A stretch of DNA of 63,418 bases, filler included, from Reticulomyxa filosa (GCA_000512085.1; 22 parts of 22 records of this genome joined end to end with filler, not necessarily neighbours in it); one strand, 5' to 3'; positions 40,255-52,166 are shown, numbered from the whole stretch's first letter. Notes: generated by a model not told the origin, from the letters alone. A program made the numbers and translations.

Positions 40255-41004
40255 TCGCAGTTCAGCGCCATCTTTGGAGATTTACAAGTCAACAATTATT
40301 TGTAGAGACTTGTATGCTGACGTTGACTGCCACCAAATTCTTTCCAATGCTTCGGGTTGCCAACGCTATGTATTGCCACACTTGTTCTGCGTCTTCCATT
40401 GGAGCACGCTATTGGACGTTAGTTCGCGCCCGCGAGTGGCGACTTTGCGCGTTTTCAGCGGTGAAGGACAATTACAGTTGTTTTTTTAAAAAACAAATTC
40501 AACACAATGTAACTTCTGGATTTTCTCCTGTTCATCATTATCCGAATCTTCATCTTCTTGCTGGCTAGTGTCTTGACAGTTTCGCCACAACTTCTCCAAC
40601 ACTTTGCACGATATAAACAATCTTTTTTTTCTTCTTGGCGAACTTGCTTTCGTCCTAGCAGCACCAACGGTTTATCACATCAGCAGCATACTCATGTTAA
40701 AAACCAAAGTCGCGAATGTGCGTATGCACACTACCAGTTTCGATACAGTAGCTAGAGCCATTTTCTTAACAGCCGATCTTCTATTATTCTTTGAAGTTTG
40801 TAAGTCTCAGTTCGACGCTATATTTGCGGATAATTGTTGACGTGGCACAGCGCCAGAGACTTGTGTGCACCTATGTTGATGCCCAATTTATTTCTAATTG
40901 TTCGGATCACCATTTTCTACACACTTATTCATTATCTTTGGCTGGCGTTCTAATAGAAAGTATTGCATGACTGGAACACGAAGTCTCCACTCGCGGGCGT
41001 GAAC
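40255..41004. repeat. Degenerate duplicated segment (copies ~40255-40450 and ~40805-41004) with internal inverted pieces
   Basis: Direct match AGAGACTTGT at 40304 and 40855. Inverted matches: 40288-40299 vs 40830-40841, and 40422-40445 vs 40981-41004. Confidence 0.6.
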
Positions 41005-43116
41005 AGCAAGTGTATAACAATATCCAACAAATCTGTAGACTATTTTTTTAAAAAACAGATTTAACGCAAAATGATCTTTCTTCTACGTATCTCCATCATT
41101 CTCTTCCTCATATTCCTACTCTTGATTGCAATGTCTTTACGGAGTTTCGCAAGACTCCTCCGCCAAGTTGAACCACTATCCATGAAATGCTCTATCGATA
41201 GCGGTTTTCTCGATTGCCATAAGTGTTTACCGACAACTTCCACTATATTTTTTTCATCAATTTCCACTCTTTCTCTGTCGCCGTTGCANNNNNNNNNNNN
41301 NNNNNNNNNNNNNNNNNNNNNNNNNNNNNNNNTTAATTAATTAANNNNNNNNNNNNNNNNNNNNNNNNNNNNNNNNNNNNNNNNNNNNCCTCAACTTTTT
41401 CTCGTTCACTATATTTTTTTTTCCATTTTGATGTTTAAAAATAATTGATTGTGCCGAAGTCGTGCTTTTTTCAGACCGTACATTAGGTGCACTACCAAAC
41501 CGTACAGTATTCGCTAAAATAATTGAAAACGAAAAGAGAAAAAGAGCCAGCATGAACTTTTGAGAGGATACAGCAAAGATTAGAACAACCAAAAAGCTGT
41601 TTTTTTTGCAAGCACAGAATCAACAGAAAACTTTTTTCTGTTTTGTTGAAGGCGCACAGTTAAATTTTTTACAGTCACAAATCACAGCTTTCATAATGGT
41701 TATCAGTAGCTATGTGATTTAGCAAAAAGAATTCGCTCGTCTTATAGTGATATATCATTAGTAGCAACTACTTGCTGATGACTACTTATTCTTTTAGACT
41801 TAAAATGTGTTATATCACGACTGAAGTTTAAATAATGTTTAATACTGATAACAACAGTCAACTGAACATTTGTAAAATTATAGAGAATAAAAAGCTTATA
41901 TGATTCTAAACAAAATAAATTTTTCTTTTTTAAAAGCTTTTTTCTAATAACAGAAACCCCAAGTAGTTGAATGTATTTTTGATTTAATTTTATTGCTAAG
42001 AGTTGAAATTTGACCAGTTTCATTCATATTTGTTTTTATATTTTTTTGTGTATATTTTATTGTAGATTATCAATAATTAGAACTAATGATATTGGAAACA
42101 GAGTCTAAATTGTACTGGAAACATAAATGTAAATTAAAAATAAAAATAAAGAGGTGAAGAAATTATTATTACGTTAAAATGATATAGTCAATTATACATT
42201 ATGTCACGTAGTACTTGTATTACACTTTCTTGTTAAGTCTAACCGCATTTAATTTAAAAGTTGTTCGATTAAACTTTAGAATCCTGCTTGTGTTTCCTTT
42301 TTTTACAAACTTGTGTTTATATTTTATTTTTTCTGTTAACAATTTGCTTTACAGTTAGTCTTATGTTATAACTGAAAAATTGACAGTATCCAACTGAGAT
42401 TTGCAAATGTTTGCTTACATTTCGATCTTGTTTCTTCTGTATTGTGCATACGCACTAAATTGAAATGTTTTTATTGTAAAATTGTTTGTTTTGCAGACAA
42501 TTTTTTTGTTAATTTTGTTGTGAACATGAACATGTCCTTCATAACAGTTATAATAAATTGCTTGTCATCATAAGCAATTTTGCAATTATAATCAAAAGCA
42601 AATACAATGAAACAGAAATAAATATTTATGTAATTTTCCCTGGTGTCAACCAGTTAACTTTCGTCAAATGCCAAGCTTATTTCAAATGAAAAAACAAACA
42701 AAAAAATAAACAACAACAAACAAAACAAAAATATAATAAAAATAACAAGTGGCAGCGGAAAAAAGGGTTGAAATTTACTTTTGCTCCCTTTTATATTTTG
42801 TTTTTGTCTCAAATTTACCTCCTGTACAATTTTTGTTGACAGCAACTGAAGGAAAGCTCAAAAAGCAATTGAATAACACAATCCCATACACACAAAAAAA
42901 AAAAAAAGTCCCTTCAGTTGCATGTTTGTTGGCTTTCATCGTTGTCTTTTTTTTTGGTCTTTTTTTGTTCTCTTTTTTGCGGCTGGAGGGAACAACATTT
43001 AAGTTGTGAATTATCCAAACACAAAAAAAAGCGGAAAAAACAAACAACAACAACAAAACGAGATATAATGGAATGATAGATTAATTTAAAAAAAGGAGCT
43101 TCCATGGACCGCTTTC

Positions 43117-45450
43117 TTAGGTGGTAGAATTTTCCAACAATTTGGTAAAGAATTTTTGAACCTAGAAAGGCAAACGCATTTACACCACAACCCACGACCA
43201 GCCCCGAGCAAAACACATATAAACGCGTGTCGAAGAGCAGCAAAACAAAGCAAAACAAAAAATCCACAAAAGAGCAGAAAATATAGGAAGGTTTACACTT
43301 AACAGCCGCAGTATCTTTTTTCTTTTTATCTTCTGCGCTAATGGTTGAATCCTCGGTTGACTCTGAGCTCGAACGCATAGATGAATCTTTGTTCTTGGCA
43401 TTATCCAAGGCCCATGACATCTCTTTCAAAAATGTGCTGTCGGCATTGGCTTGCGGCACAAACTTCTTCTTTGCCGACTAATCAAACAAACAACACTAAT
43501 CGATTACAGAGACATAATAAAAATGACATGTATTCTTTTGATAAAGAAGAAGAAGAAGAAGAAAGTAGATAACTTTGGATTGACTTTTCGCCAATGGAAA
43601 ATACTTGTCAAAGGGATCAGTCAACGATCGAGTGTTGGCTTGATTTTCAAGGATCTGTTTGCTGTCAAAGCCGGAAGGAATGAATAAAAATTCATCTTTC
43701 AAATTCGTTAAGCTCACAACAGCTGACGGACCTCGGTTAAAGGCCGTTCCAAATATTCGATGTTCTAAATAAGATGCAATGCGTTTCCCTTGTTCTTTGA
43801 GTCCTTTGCTCATGCTAAAGGATGAGGCCGCATAATCCAAGCACCACAAGCGCACATATTGTGTCAATATTTCATATTGACTGTTGGCTTGGGCTTCTGC
43901 TGGAAATAATGACTTCATCATGTCCACTTTATTTAATACAACTATCAATGGAGCGCCAATATTTACACTGGGATTGCTTCGGTTAATCCCGACATCGGCC
44001 TAAACATTTCGATTTCGTTGTGACCAAGCACATACACACAAGCAAACAAACAAGCCATAACTTTCCACCCTTTTCTGTGTTTTTCTTTTCAAACAATGTT
44101 GTTATTAAAAAAAAATCGATAAGGTTTATTCGTTTGATAATTTTTTTTAAACTTTTCAAAAAAATTGAGAAAACAAACAACAATTTAAAAAAAACTCTGA
44201 TTTATTTACAAAACTTTAATGTCTTCTGTCGCTTCAACTGCCTCTGTGTCATTAGGATTGCTATAGTATTGAACGTGTTGATACACTGCAAGGAAAAGCA
44301 AGAACAAGGACAAAATTCACACAAAACAACACTTCCAATGCATCACGTTTGTTTGATGGTGTTTGGGGTATTTTTTTATACGTAGTGTTAAATGAACAAT
44401 GTCAAAAAAAAAAAAATTGGAAATGTTTGGAAAAGGGAAAAAAAAAAAAAAAAACATCTTTACATTTCTTCTTTCTTTAAAAAAAAAAGTTAAAATAAAA
44501 ATAAAAATGAAACCTTTGTCTTTAAGTTCTCCTTGTAGTTTGGCGTCACATCTGGCCAATAGGTCCTGTTGAGTTTTTACAATAACTTGGATCCATTTGT
44601 CAAACTCCTCTTTCACGAGATGCGGTTGTGAGCAGTCTAACACTATCATCCATGCTACTCGGTCCATTTCTTCTTTGGGGATTATCTCTTTAAATACTGC
44701 ACAATGCTCAGCTGATGACACTTGCCATACATTCAACAATCGACTCGTTGCTATTTTATTGTTTTATTGTTTTATTCATTTTTTTTTTTTTTTTTTTGCA
44801 TTGCTTATTCATTTAATTTTTTTATCTTTGCTCTTTTCCATTTTCTACATCACTTATTGAGTTTATTATTTATCTTTCTTATCCTGTCCTTCTGTACACT
44901 TTTTTCTCCCCCCCCCCCCCCCTCTTATCAAACAATTGGACGTATACTGGCGCCTTGGCAACTTTGCCATCGATTGATTTTGTTACTCGAGAAAAGAGAG
45001 GTCATTCCACGTGTAAATGCATAGAGCTTTAAAAAAACAAACGAGGGAAGAGGTTGATAATTAACTGTCAGAATTTGCATCGGACATATAAATGTAGGCG
45101 TATCTCATCATTAAAAATTTCTTCATTTCACCAAATTTGCCTTCAATGCGCCCTATCGTTGAGACTAATTCTGTTTTCCCACTTCCAGCATTTCCTACCA
45201 CAATTACATGTCCTTCTTGCCTTTTCTGACCCGATGTTTGCTGCAGGAAAAATTCCCACAAATTGGCATTGGGAGGAATGTTGTCCAGTTTGGTAACTGT
45301 TGATTTCTCTTTATTTGAGGGATTTGTCTGAGAATTACTTTCCGTCGCGTGAGAAGTCTCGTCTGATGTTGTTTGTGCTGATGCAACGACATCAGCCGAA
45401 GATGAGTCTGCTTGGCGTGGGTATTTTTCCTCCGTTTCCTCGGTCGCCAT
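43117..45450 (-). CDS. Cytoplasmic dynein light intermediate chain; multi-exon
   Basis: NLWEFFL..VIVVGNAGSGKT, LNVWQ, MIVLDCSQP, GAPLIVVLNKVD, YVRLWCLDYAAS and LFIPSGFDS. The final exon 43161-43117 encodes VQKFFTKLL, the LIC C-terminal FF helix. Confidence 0.9.
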
Positions 45451-45892
45451 GAGATTGATAGTTCAATGGGTTCGAGCGGAAGTAATTTTTTGAAATTTCC
45501 TTACAACAATAGTCTGATCCAAAAAAAAAAAAATAACAGTGTTAGTAATCACAACAAAAAGAGAAATTTTTTTAGAATTTTGCTGCTGCCACCATCAAAG
45601 CATGTTTTTAGATTTCTATTTGGAATGAATATTTATTTTAGAAAATAATTATCCATTCGGGAATACAAAAAAGCGGTGAAGATTTGAATAAATTAAACAC
45701 AAAATTGAGTCGGTGTTAGTTTAAAAAGGCTTTGTTTTATTAAGATCAAGTAGACTAACTATTTGACTGCTAGTAGTGATTGCATAAGACGAATTATTAC
45801 TTTGTGAATTATCGTTATATATTTTTTTTTTGAAATTGAAAAAAAGAGATAATCTGATTATTTTTTTTCCTCCAAAGAAAAGAAAGAAGCGT

Positions 45893-46505
45893 TCATAGTA
45901 ATTGATCTTTAAATTGAATTTTGGTTTGTTGGTGTCGTGTTGGGTCGAAGCACAGATTTTGCTGAACAAAGTTTTGAATTTGAGCATTGGATTCGTTTTC
46001 ATCAAGATAATGAATGACCTGACATTCACTCCAGCCAAGGTTTTGGCCAAATCCAGAGACGGTTGGCTCGTGTGTACCGAGCCCTTTAGCAGTCTCAGTC
46101 TTGCTGGTCGTGGAAGGTTCCGACTTTAATTGGTTTCTTTGCTACTTTTTTCCGAGAAAGAAGTGAGGTCGGGATTAAGATAACTCAAATTGGGTTTCAA
46201 ATGATAAGTTACATACACCGGGGACAAATGCAGTGCTTTGTGTTTCAGCACTCCAATCGCATAGTTTGCATTGCCTGGCAATGGCATATGGCCTTGTGTG
46301 TTTGTGTTAGTTGTCTCTTCCGCTTCTTCTCTTTGTCCTTGTACGGGACGTCGCGGAGGTTCTTGCACGATACGAGTACTCGTCAGCCGGAAATTTCTTC
46401 CGTGGCTGCTTTCTGTCAATGAACTAAATGACTCACTTTGTTCGTTTACATTGTAATCCACTTGGATGTGCTTTTGTGCCACATGATAGCGTATGCTATT
46501 AATTT
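45893..46505 (-). CDS. POLR3E: RNA polymerase III subunit RPC5/Rpc37 (Sin-like N domain); partial, apparent frameshift near 46135
   Basis: NYAIGVLKHKALHLSPVYVTYHLKPNLSYL matches the RPC5 core. A shifted frame continues open to a stop at 45893. Confidence 0.65.
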
Positions 46506-46653
46506 GTGTCAGGTACGTCTGTTATACAATTTTTATTTTTTTGCTTTGATTTGNNNNNNNNNNNNNNNNNNNNNNNNNNNNNNNNNNNNNNNNNNNNTTA
46601 ATTAATTAANNNNNNNNNNNNNNNNNNNNNNNNNNNNNNNNNNNNNNNNNNNN

Positions 46654-47421
46654 TTCTTCTTCTTCTTCTTCTTCTGTTGCTGTTGCAGCTATTGCTTCGC
46701 TGTCTTTGTATTCATCGTCCACGTCCTTGCTCTTCTTCGTCTTATCCATCACTTCCGACGTCTGCGACTGCTTTAACGATGGCACGCTCGTATTGGCGGT
46801 GCGATCTTTGCTATTACCCATCACCGTCTTCACCGACAATGATTTCTTCAACTGCTTCATCGCTCCTACATTTGCTCGCGACGTCGTAGCCGATCTCTGT
46901 CGATACGATTGCTGCTTTTGATTGGGTGACTTTTTTTCATTCGCCAATGGCACTCCGTTAAACTCAAGCTCACCACTTTTTCGCCTCTTTTTTGTCGTTG
47001 TCGCTGTCGTTGTCGTTGTCGTTGTCGTTGTCATTATCATTGTTGATGACGCGTTCCTCTTTTTATCACGTCTTTGCTTTCGCTTGCGCTTCTGTTGCTT
47101 CTTCTTCTCATTGTGCTTTTTTTCTATCAATGACTCACACTTCGCTATCAATTCTAACTGGTGCAACACTGTTGTCTTCCCACTTGCTGCTGTCCCAAAT
47201 AGTATCATGCGCGACGATATCCCTCTCCTCTCCTCGTGGTGATTCTCTCTGCCCTTTTTCTCCCAACTATGTACGTGCCCGTAGCTTGATCCTCCTCCAC
47301 TCTTTTTTGGCAACTTATCTTTCTTTTTCGATTTTGACCCTCCAAGCACATTTGTCGTTGAATTGCTGCCCCACAACGATGAAAATTTCAATCGTGAGGC
47401 TGTTTTCCATCTTTTCAACAT
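46654..47421 (-). CDS. Divergent heterotrimeric G-protein alpha-like protein; 5' part, truncated
   Basis: RMILFGTAASGKTTVLHQLELI aligns to the G-alpha motif KLLLLGAGESGKSTILKQMKII, then a long K/R/T/E-rich stretch. Confidence 0.55.
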
Positions 47422-48380
47422 GTCTCCTTGCAATTTTTTTTTTAATGTATATATTTCTTTCCCTCTTTAAACAAAACGTTTTTTTTAAAAAAAAAATACA
47501 TTTTTATTACAGCGAAATCAACACAATTTATTACTAAACGGCTGCACAGTTTTATGTTTGAATGAAAGAGTAATTTTCATTTTAAAAAATTATTTGTAAA
47601 TCAGTTGCACTGTGGTAGTCTTTACTCATCCCAATGCAAAAATTGGTTTTTTATGTCGTTTTGAAAAGGCCCTAATATCATAAAGGAAAAATCTTCTCTG
47701 AAATACGGCTAGAATAGCAGAACTATAATATAAACAAATTAAAAAATAGAAAATGCTCCAACGTGTATTCCATGCGTAATCCGCGCATTGTGAAAATTGA
47801 TCTTTGATACTCGATTTAGTCAGTTCAAAAAAAAAAAATCACAATTGGCTGTCCAAACTGTTATTACGAGAAAATTATCAACTTTTGGGGGTAAACATTG
47901 CGTTTTTAGTAGTCGTTTCAAGAGTTAGATGTAACTGTCAGCAAAAGCTGGGGAGAGAAAACGAGATTATCATTGAAAGTATTGAGACAAGATGAGGCAA
48001 AAGTTTTAAGTCTAGAGTACACTGTCGTTTAACTTTTGTGCATTACAATACATTGCTTTTTTTTTGGAAAATTAAGGAATCTATCATTATACAATTCTTG
48101 CAAACTTGCATATATTAAACAAGCAGACTGATAAATATCTATATGCTGATTGAATACTCATAGAACAAAGCATTTTCAGTTTCTTTTTTGAAACTCTTTC
48201 AAAAAAAGACTCCAAATTATTAAAGAATTTGAAAAACAGAAAATAAATGTTGGATTTAACAACAGTAGAAGAAACATCACTTAAAGATTATTACAAAACT
48301 GGATAAAGAGTTCAAACACTTCCCGAAGCACTAATGGCTATATTTGTCAAATTTTCAAACATGTACCAAATAATATAGTG

Positions 48381-48767
48381 TATTGCAGAAAAAACTGCAA
48401 TACCTAAATGGCATTATATGAAGAGAATCGATTTTTTCCATGAAAAATAAATATATACGAATATTATTGTTTTTAAATATTAAATTCCTTTTTTTTTTGC
48501 TAATTTTCTTTATTGTTGATATTTTTAATTGACATTTCAAAATTTTGATATTTAAAATGGTGAAGAATTTGAGTGCTTTTAAGAAATTAGTTGCTCTTGA
48601 TATGCTAGTTGGTGGATCTATCATTCGATATGTAGCAAAGAAATTTAGTGTAAGTAGATGTTGTATGAACTCTGAAATTTATAAAGATGTACAGTATATT
48701 GCAAAAAAAACTGACATACCTAAATGGCACTATATGAAGAGAATCGATTTTCTCCATGAAAAATAAA
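48381..48767 (+). repeat. Direct repeat of ~70 bp (48381-48451 and 48697-48767), ending two small tandem ORF-like units
   Basis: The copies encode IAEKTAIPKWHYMKRIDFFHEK* and IAKKTDIPKWHYMKRIDFLHEK*; spacing is 316 nt. Confidence 0.85.
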
Positions 48768-48982
48768 GATTTAAACCTAATTTTTTTTTTTAAATATATA
48801 CTAATCTTGTAGTTTTTAAATATGAAATTGGTTTTATGATAAGTTTTTTCTAGGTTGATCAAAAATATGATTTTTGAAATGANNNNNNNNNNNNNNNNNN
48901 NNNNNNNNNNNNNNNNNNNNNNNNNNTTAATTAATTAANNNNNNNNNNNNNNNNNNNNNNNNNNNNNNNNNNNNNNNNNNNN

Positions 48983-50146
48983 CTACGTGTATGGCGTGGA
49001 AGGGAAATCAAAGCCGCTTACTTGCAGGCTGACTATGCCTACGGCCCGCTGCGCGGCAATTTTGGGGTTCGGCTGGTGCGCACCACCACAGTGTCTGGCT
49101 CGTCGGATAAAATCGTCTACCGCTTGGATTGGAAAGACGCGGCCGGGAACGAGCTGCCAATTAACCAGCGCCGGGTGGAAAACTTTGTTTATATCGAAAA
49201 AGAAAACACCGACACCAAGGCGTTACCGAGTCTGAACCTGGTCTGGGATATCAATGATGATTGGGTCTGGCGTACTGCAGTCGCCAAGGTGATGGCACGG
49301 CCGGGTTATGACGCGTTGGGCCGTTATCAGACGCTGACCTACACCTCCAATGAATATGCCGCTGACCGCTCATCAGCGGATGATTTCAGCCCGTTGTTTG
49401 ATAGTGAAGGCTGGACCGGTTCGGGTGGTAACTCGTTGTTAAAGCCGCTGGAATCCAAGCAGTTTGATACCTCGCTGGAATATTACTACGGCAAAGGCTC
49501 TGGCTTTGGTCTGGCGTTGTTCCGTAAAGACGTGGATAACTTCGTGGTACCGCTGATTATTGACACCGTGCGCGATTTACCAACCGTCAGCTTTACGCTG
49601 CCGAACGCGGCCGGCAAAGTGGTGAACGCCGGTGGCGCCGCGCAACCCGTGCGTAATTTCTCTACATCAGCCAACGGCACCAACGCCAGCTCAACCGGTT
49701 CAGAGGTGTTCTGGCAGCACTTCTTTGAAAACGGCTTTGGTTTGTACGCCAACTACACACGCAACAACACTAATCAGGCCAATGTAGAGCTGGATGGTAA
49801 AAAAGTGGGTGAGTCGCCGCTGATTGGCAGCTCGAAATACCAGGCTAACCTGTCAGTGTTTTTTGAAAATGACGACTTCAGCGTGCGGGCGTCATACAAC
49901 AAACGCGGGCCCAGTGTCGGTGGCTACCAGGCCGACTGGAAAACTAATTTTTATACCGCCGCTTATGATCAGATTGACGTCAATGGTAGTTACAACCTGA
50001 CCGACAGTCTGGTGCTGGCTGCATCTGTGATCAACCTCACGAAATCAGATACTTACGTCCATTTAGGTAACGACACCAAAAACCGTTTTATCCAAAACGC
50101 GTATTCGGGCCGCCGTTATTACCTGGGCGCGACTTATCGGTTTTAA
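48983..50146 (+). CDS. Bacterial TonB-dependent outer-membrane receptor, C-terminal barrel (foreign contig)
   Basis: Intronless and visibly much richer in GC than the rest. Motifs LPSLNLVW, AKVMARP, GGNSLLKPLESKQFDTSLEYY, INLT and terminal GRRYYLGATYRF with C-terminal Phe. Confidence 0.95.
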   Translation, partial: LRVWRGREIKAAYLQADYAYGPLRGNFGVRLVRTTTVSGSSDKIVYRLDWKDAAGNELPINQRRVENFVYIEKENTDTKALPSLNLVWDINDDWVWRTAVAKVMARPGYDALGRYQTLTYTSNEYAADRSSADDFSPLFDSEGWTGSGGNSLLKPLESKQFDTSLEYYYGKGSGFGLALFRKDVDNFVVPLIIDTVRDLPTVSFTLPNAAGKVVNAGGAAQPVRNFSTSANGTNASSTGSEVFWQHFFENGFGLYANYTRNNTNQANVELDGKKVGESPLIGSSKYQANLSVFFENDDFSVRASYNKRGPSVGGYQADWKTNFYTAAYDQIDVNGSYNLTDSLVLAASVINLTKSDTYVHLGNDTKNRFIQNAYSGRRYYLGATYRF

Positions 50147-50173
50147 CCGGGCGTTAGCGACCTGAACAGGATT

Positions 50174-50179
50174 AGAGGA
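50174..50179 (+). promoter_or_regulatory. Shine-Dalgarno site
   Basis: AGAGGA lies 6 nt upstream of the ATG at 50186. Confidence 0.7.
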
Positions 50180-50185
50180 ATCACT

Positions 50186-50279
50186 ATGAAAACGTTTCAA
50201 ATGAACAAATTAGCCACCCTGACCGCCGTGTTGCTGGCTGGCTGTGGCGCTCAGTTTGCTGCTTACGCCGATTATGTGC
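50186..50279 (+). CDS. Start of a bacterial secreted protein (signal peptide); truncated
   Basis: MKTFQMNKLATLTAVLLAGCGAQFAAYADYV: basic N-region, hydrophobic core and AYA cleavage motif. Confidence 0.75.
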
Positions 50280-51516
50280 NNNNNNNNNNNNNNNNNNNNN
50301 NNNNNNNNNNNNNNNNNNNNNNNTTAATTAATTAANNNNNNNNNNNNNNNNNNNNNNNNNNNNNNNNNNNNNNNNNNNNATAAATACTATTTCGCAATAG
50401 CTGTGTTTTAGTTAACGACAAATTAACTAATGTAATTTTTACAATATAATAACTTATGATATATGTTGTTTTAATTGACTACAATGCACATAATAAGTAC
50501 ATTTTTCCAAAGGAATTGGCATTCGAACGCAGGTATAGTGATGCAACATAATGACGACAATGTATCTACTAACAAACAATTGTGTATGTTCAATGTATAA
50601 TATTTATTATATATAAATATGCTAATCTAAAAAATAGTTAATACGTATATTACTAGTGCCTACGAATAAGTCCGTACATGTGCCTGACGTAAGGCAAATA
50701 TTGGATACCAGAATGGCAATAGAGTGGATGTATCAACTGACAGTCCGAAACTACAGACAGTCGATCCACGTGCAGCATCATTCGACAAACATGTATAGTC
50801 GTTGTCATAGTCAGTTTATAATTACTTTTATATATTTCAATCTTCATTTTGTTTGTGTTTGTATGACTGAAGCTATATGATTAATACAAATTTCATATTT
50901 GATTAATCTAAAAAAATGTTTTAATAATATCTTCGGACTAGTTGACATTTGGTATAATATTTATTCATTTTATTATATTTGTTCATTCATTTCAAATATA
51001 TTTTATTTATTTATGTTTTTTTATTTATAGTATTGACACTAAACAATAAAAAACAAACTATAATTTTTATTTTTATTTGTTTTGTTGTTGTTGTTGTTAT
51101 TGATAACACAACTTTCATAATCACCAAGCAAAGCATAAAACTACAATAAAGTGTATATGTAATGAGTACAAGTCAGATGTTGTATTAGTTTCGAAGCAAA
51201 TAAGTTAATCTTAATAATATTTATTATCGAATATAATTAAAATTTTGATTTTTATATTTATAATATTGTTTTACTTTATAATATATAATGTTATTTCAAT
51301 ATTATTAATGTTAATTTTGTTGAAATAAATTTAAATATAATATTTCTTGCAAATTATTTTTATAATGTTACAAAATATTTAAATTTCAAAATTATTTATC
51401 ATTCAAATTGAAATATATACATTCTACATATCATTCTGCATATTATTCCGCATATAAAATCATTTAACATAAAAAAACATATGTATTTTTGATGAAAAAA
51501 TGAAAAAAATGATTTA

Positions 51517-51635
51517 TGCTAGTTTGTAGGATTCGAACCTACGTCACGATCCTCTATATACATTGTTAGTTGAGAATTATATTTTAGAGCTCAATACAAT
51601 TTCTAGTTAAACATGTATATAGTATCAAAACTAGC
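51517..51635 (-). ncRNA. Non-canonical tRNA-like element
   Basis: GCTAGTTT/AAACTAGC acceptor-like stem, perfect T-arm GTAGG-TTCGAAT-CCTAC, 10-bp central helix and a downstream T7 run. No canonical D-arm or anticodon arm. Confidence 0.55.
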
Positions 51636-52166
51636 TTATTTTTTAATATTATATTATTACGTTATAATGGATATAGTCACATAAACATGACATAATTTTC
51701 ATTAAGTTAAAATAATAATTTTCTTCATTTTTAAATATCCAAAGTTAATTTGTTGAAAGTTTGTTTATAAAAAATAATTTAATTTTATACTTTTTTGTTG
51801 AAAATATTATTTTGTGATTTATTTTTTAAATAATTTGAAATTTTTTTGATTTGATGTTTATTTTTTAAAATAGTTGAAAATTGTCATTTTGTTAGATCAA
51901 AATTAGCAGAAATAACAAAAAATAATTCGAATTAAAAATTGTAAATGATAAATTATGTCATCAATTAAACAAACAACGATATCGTATTAAAAGAGTAACA
52001 AACAACCAAAAGTTCAATAAACACTTTGCAAGATTTGCACTCAAGGAACGACACCAGCAGTACAAANNNNNNNNNNNNNNNNNNNNNNNNNNNNNNNNNN
52101 NNNNNNNNNNTTAATTAATTAANNNNNNNNNNNNNNNNNNNNNNNNNNNNNNNNNNNNNNNNNNNN

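Noticed and set aside
50510-50545. GTTCGAAT B-box-like motif on the minus strand
   Set aside because: No T-stem or acceptor stem pairing.
50725-50765. CTGA...GAAA as a hammerhead ribozyme core
   Set aside because: It lacks the CUGANGA consensus and the required stems.
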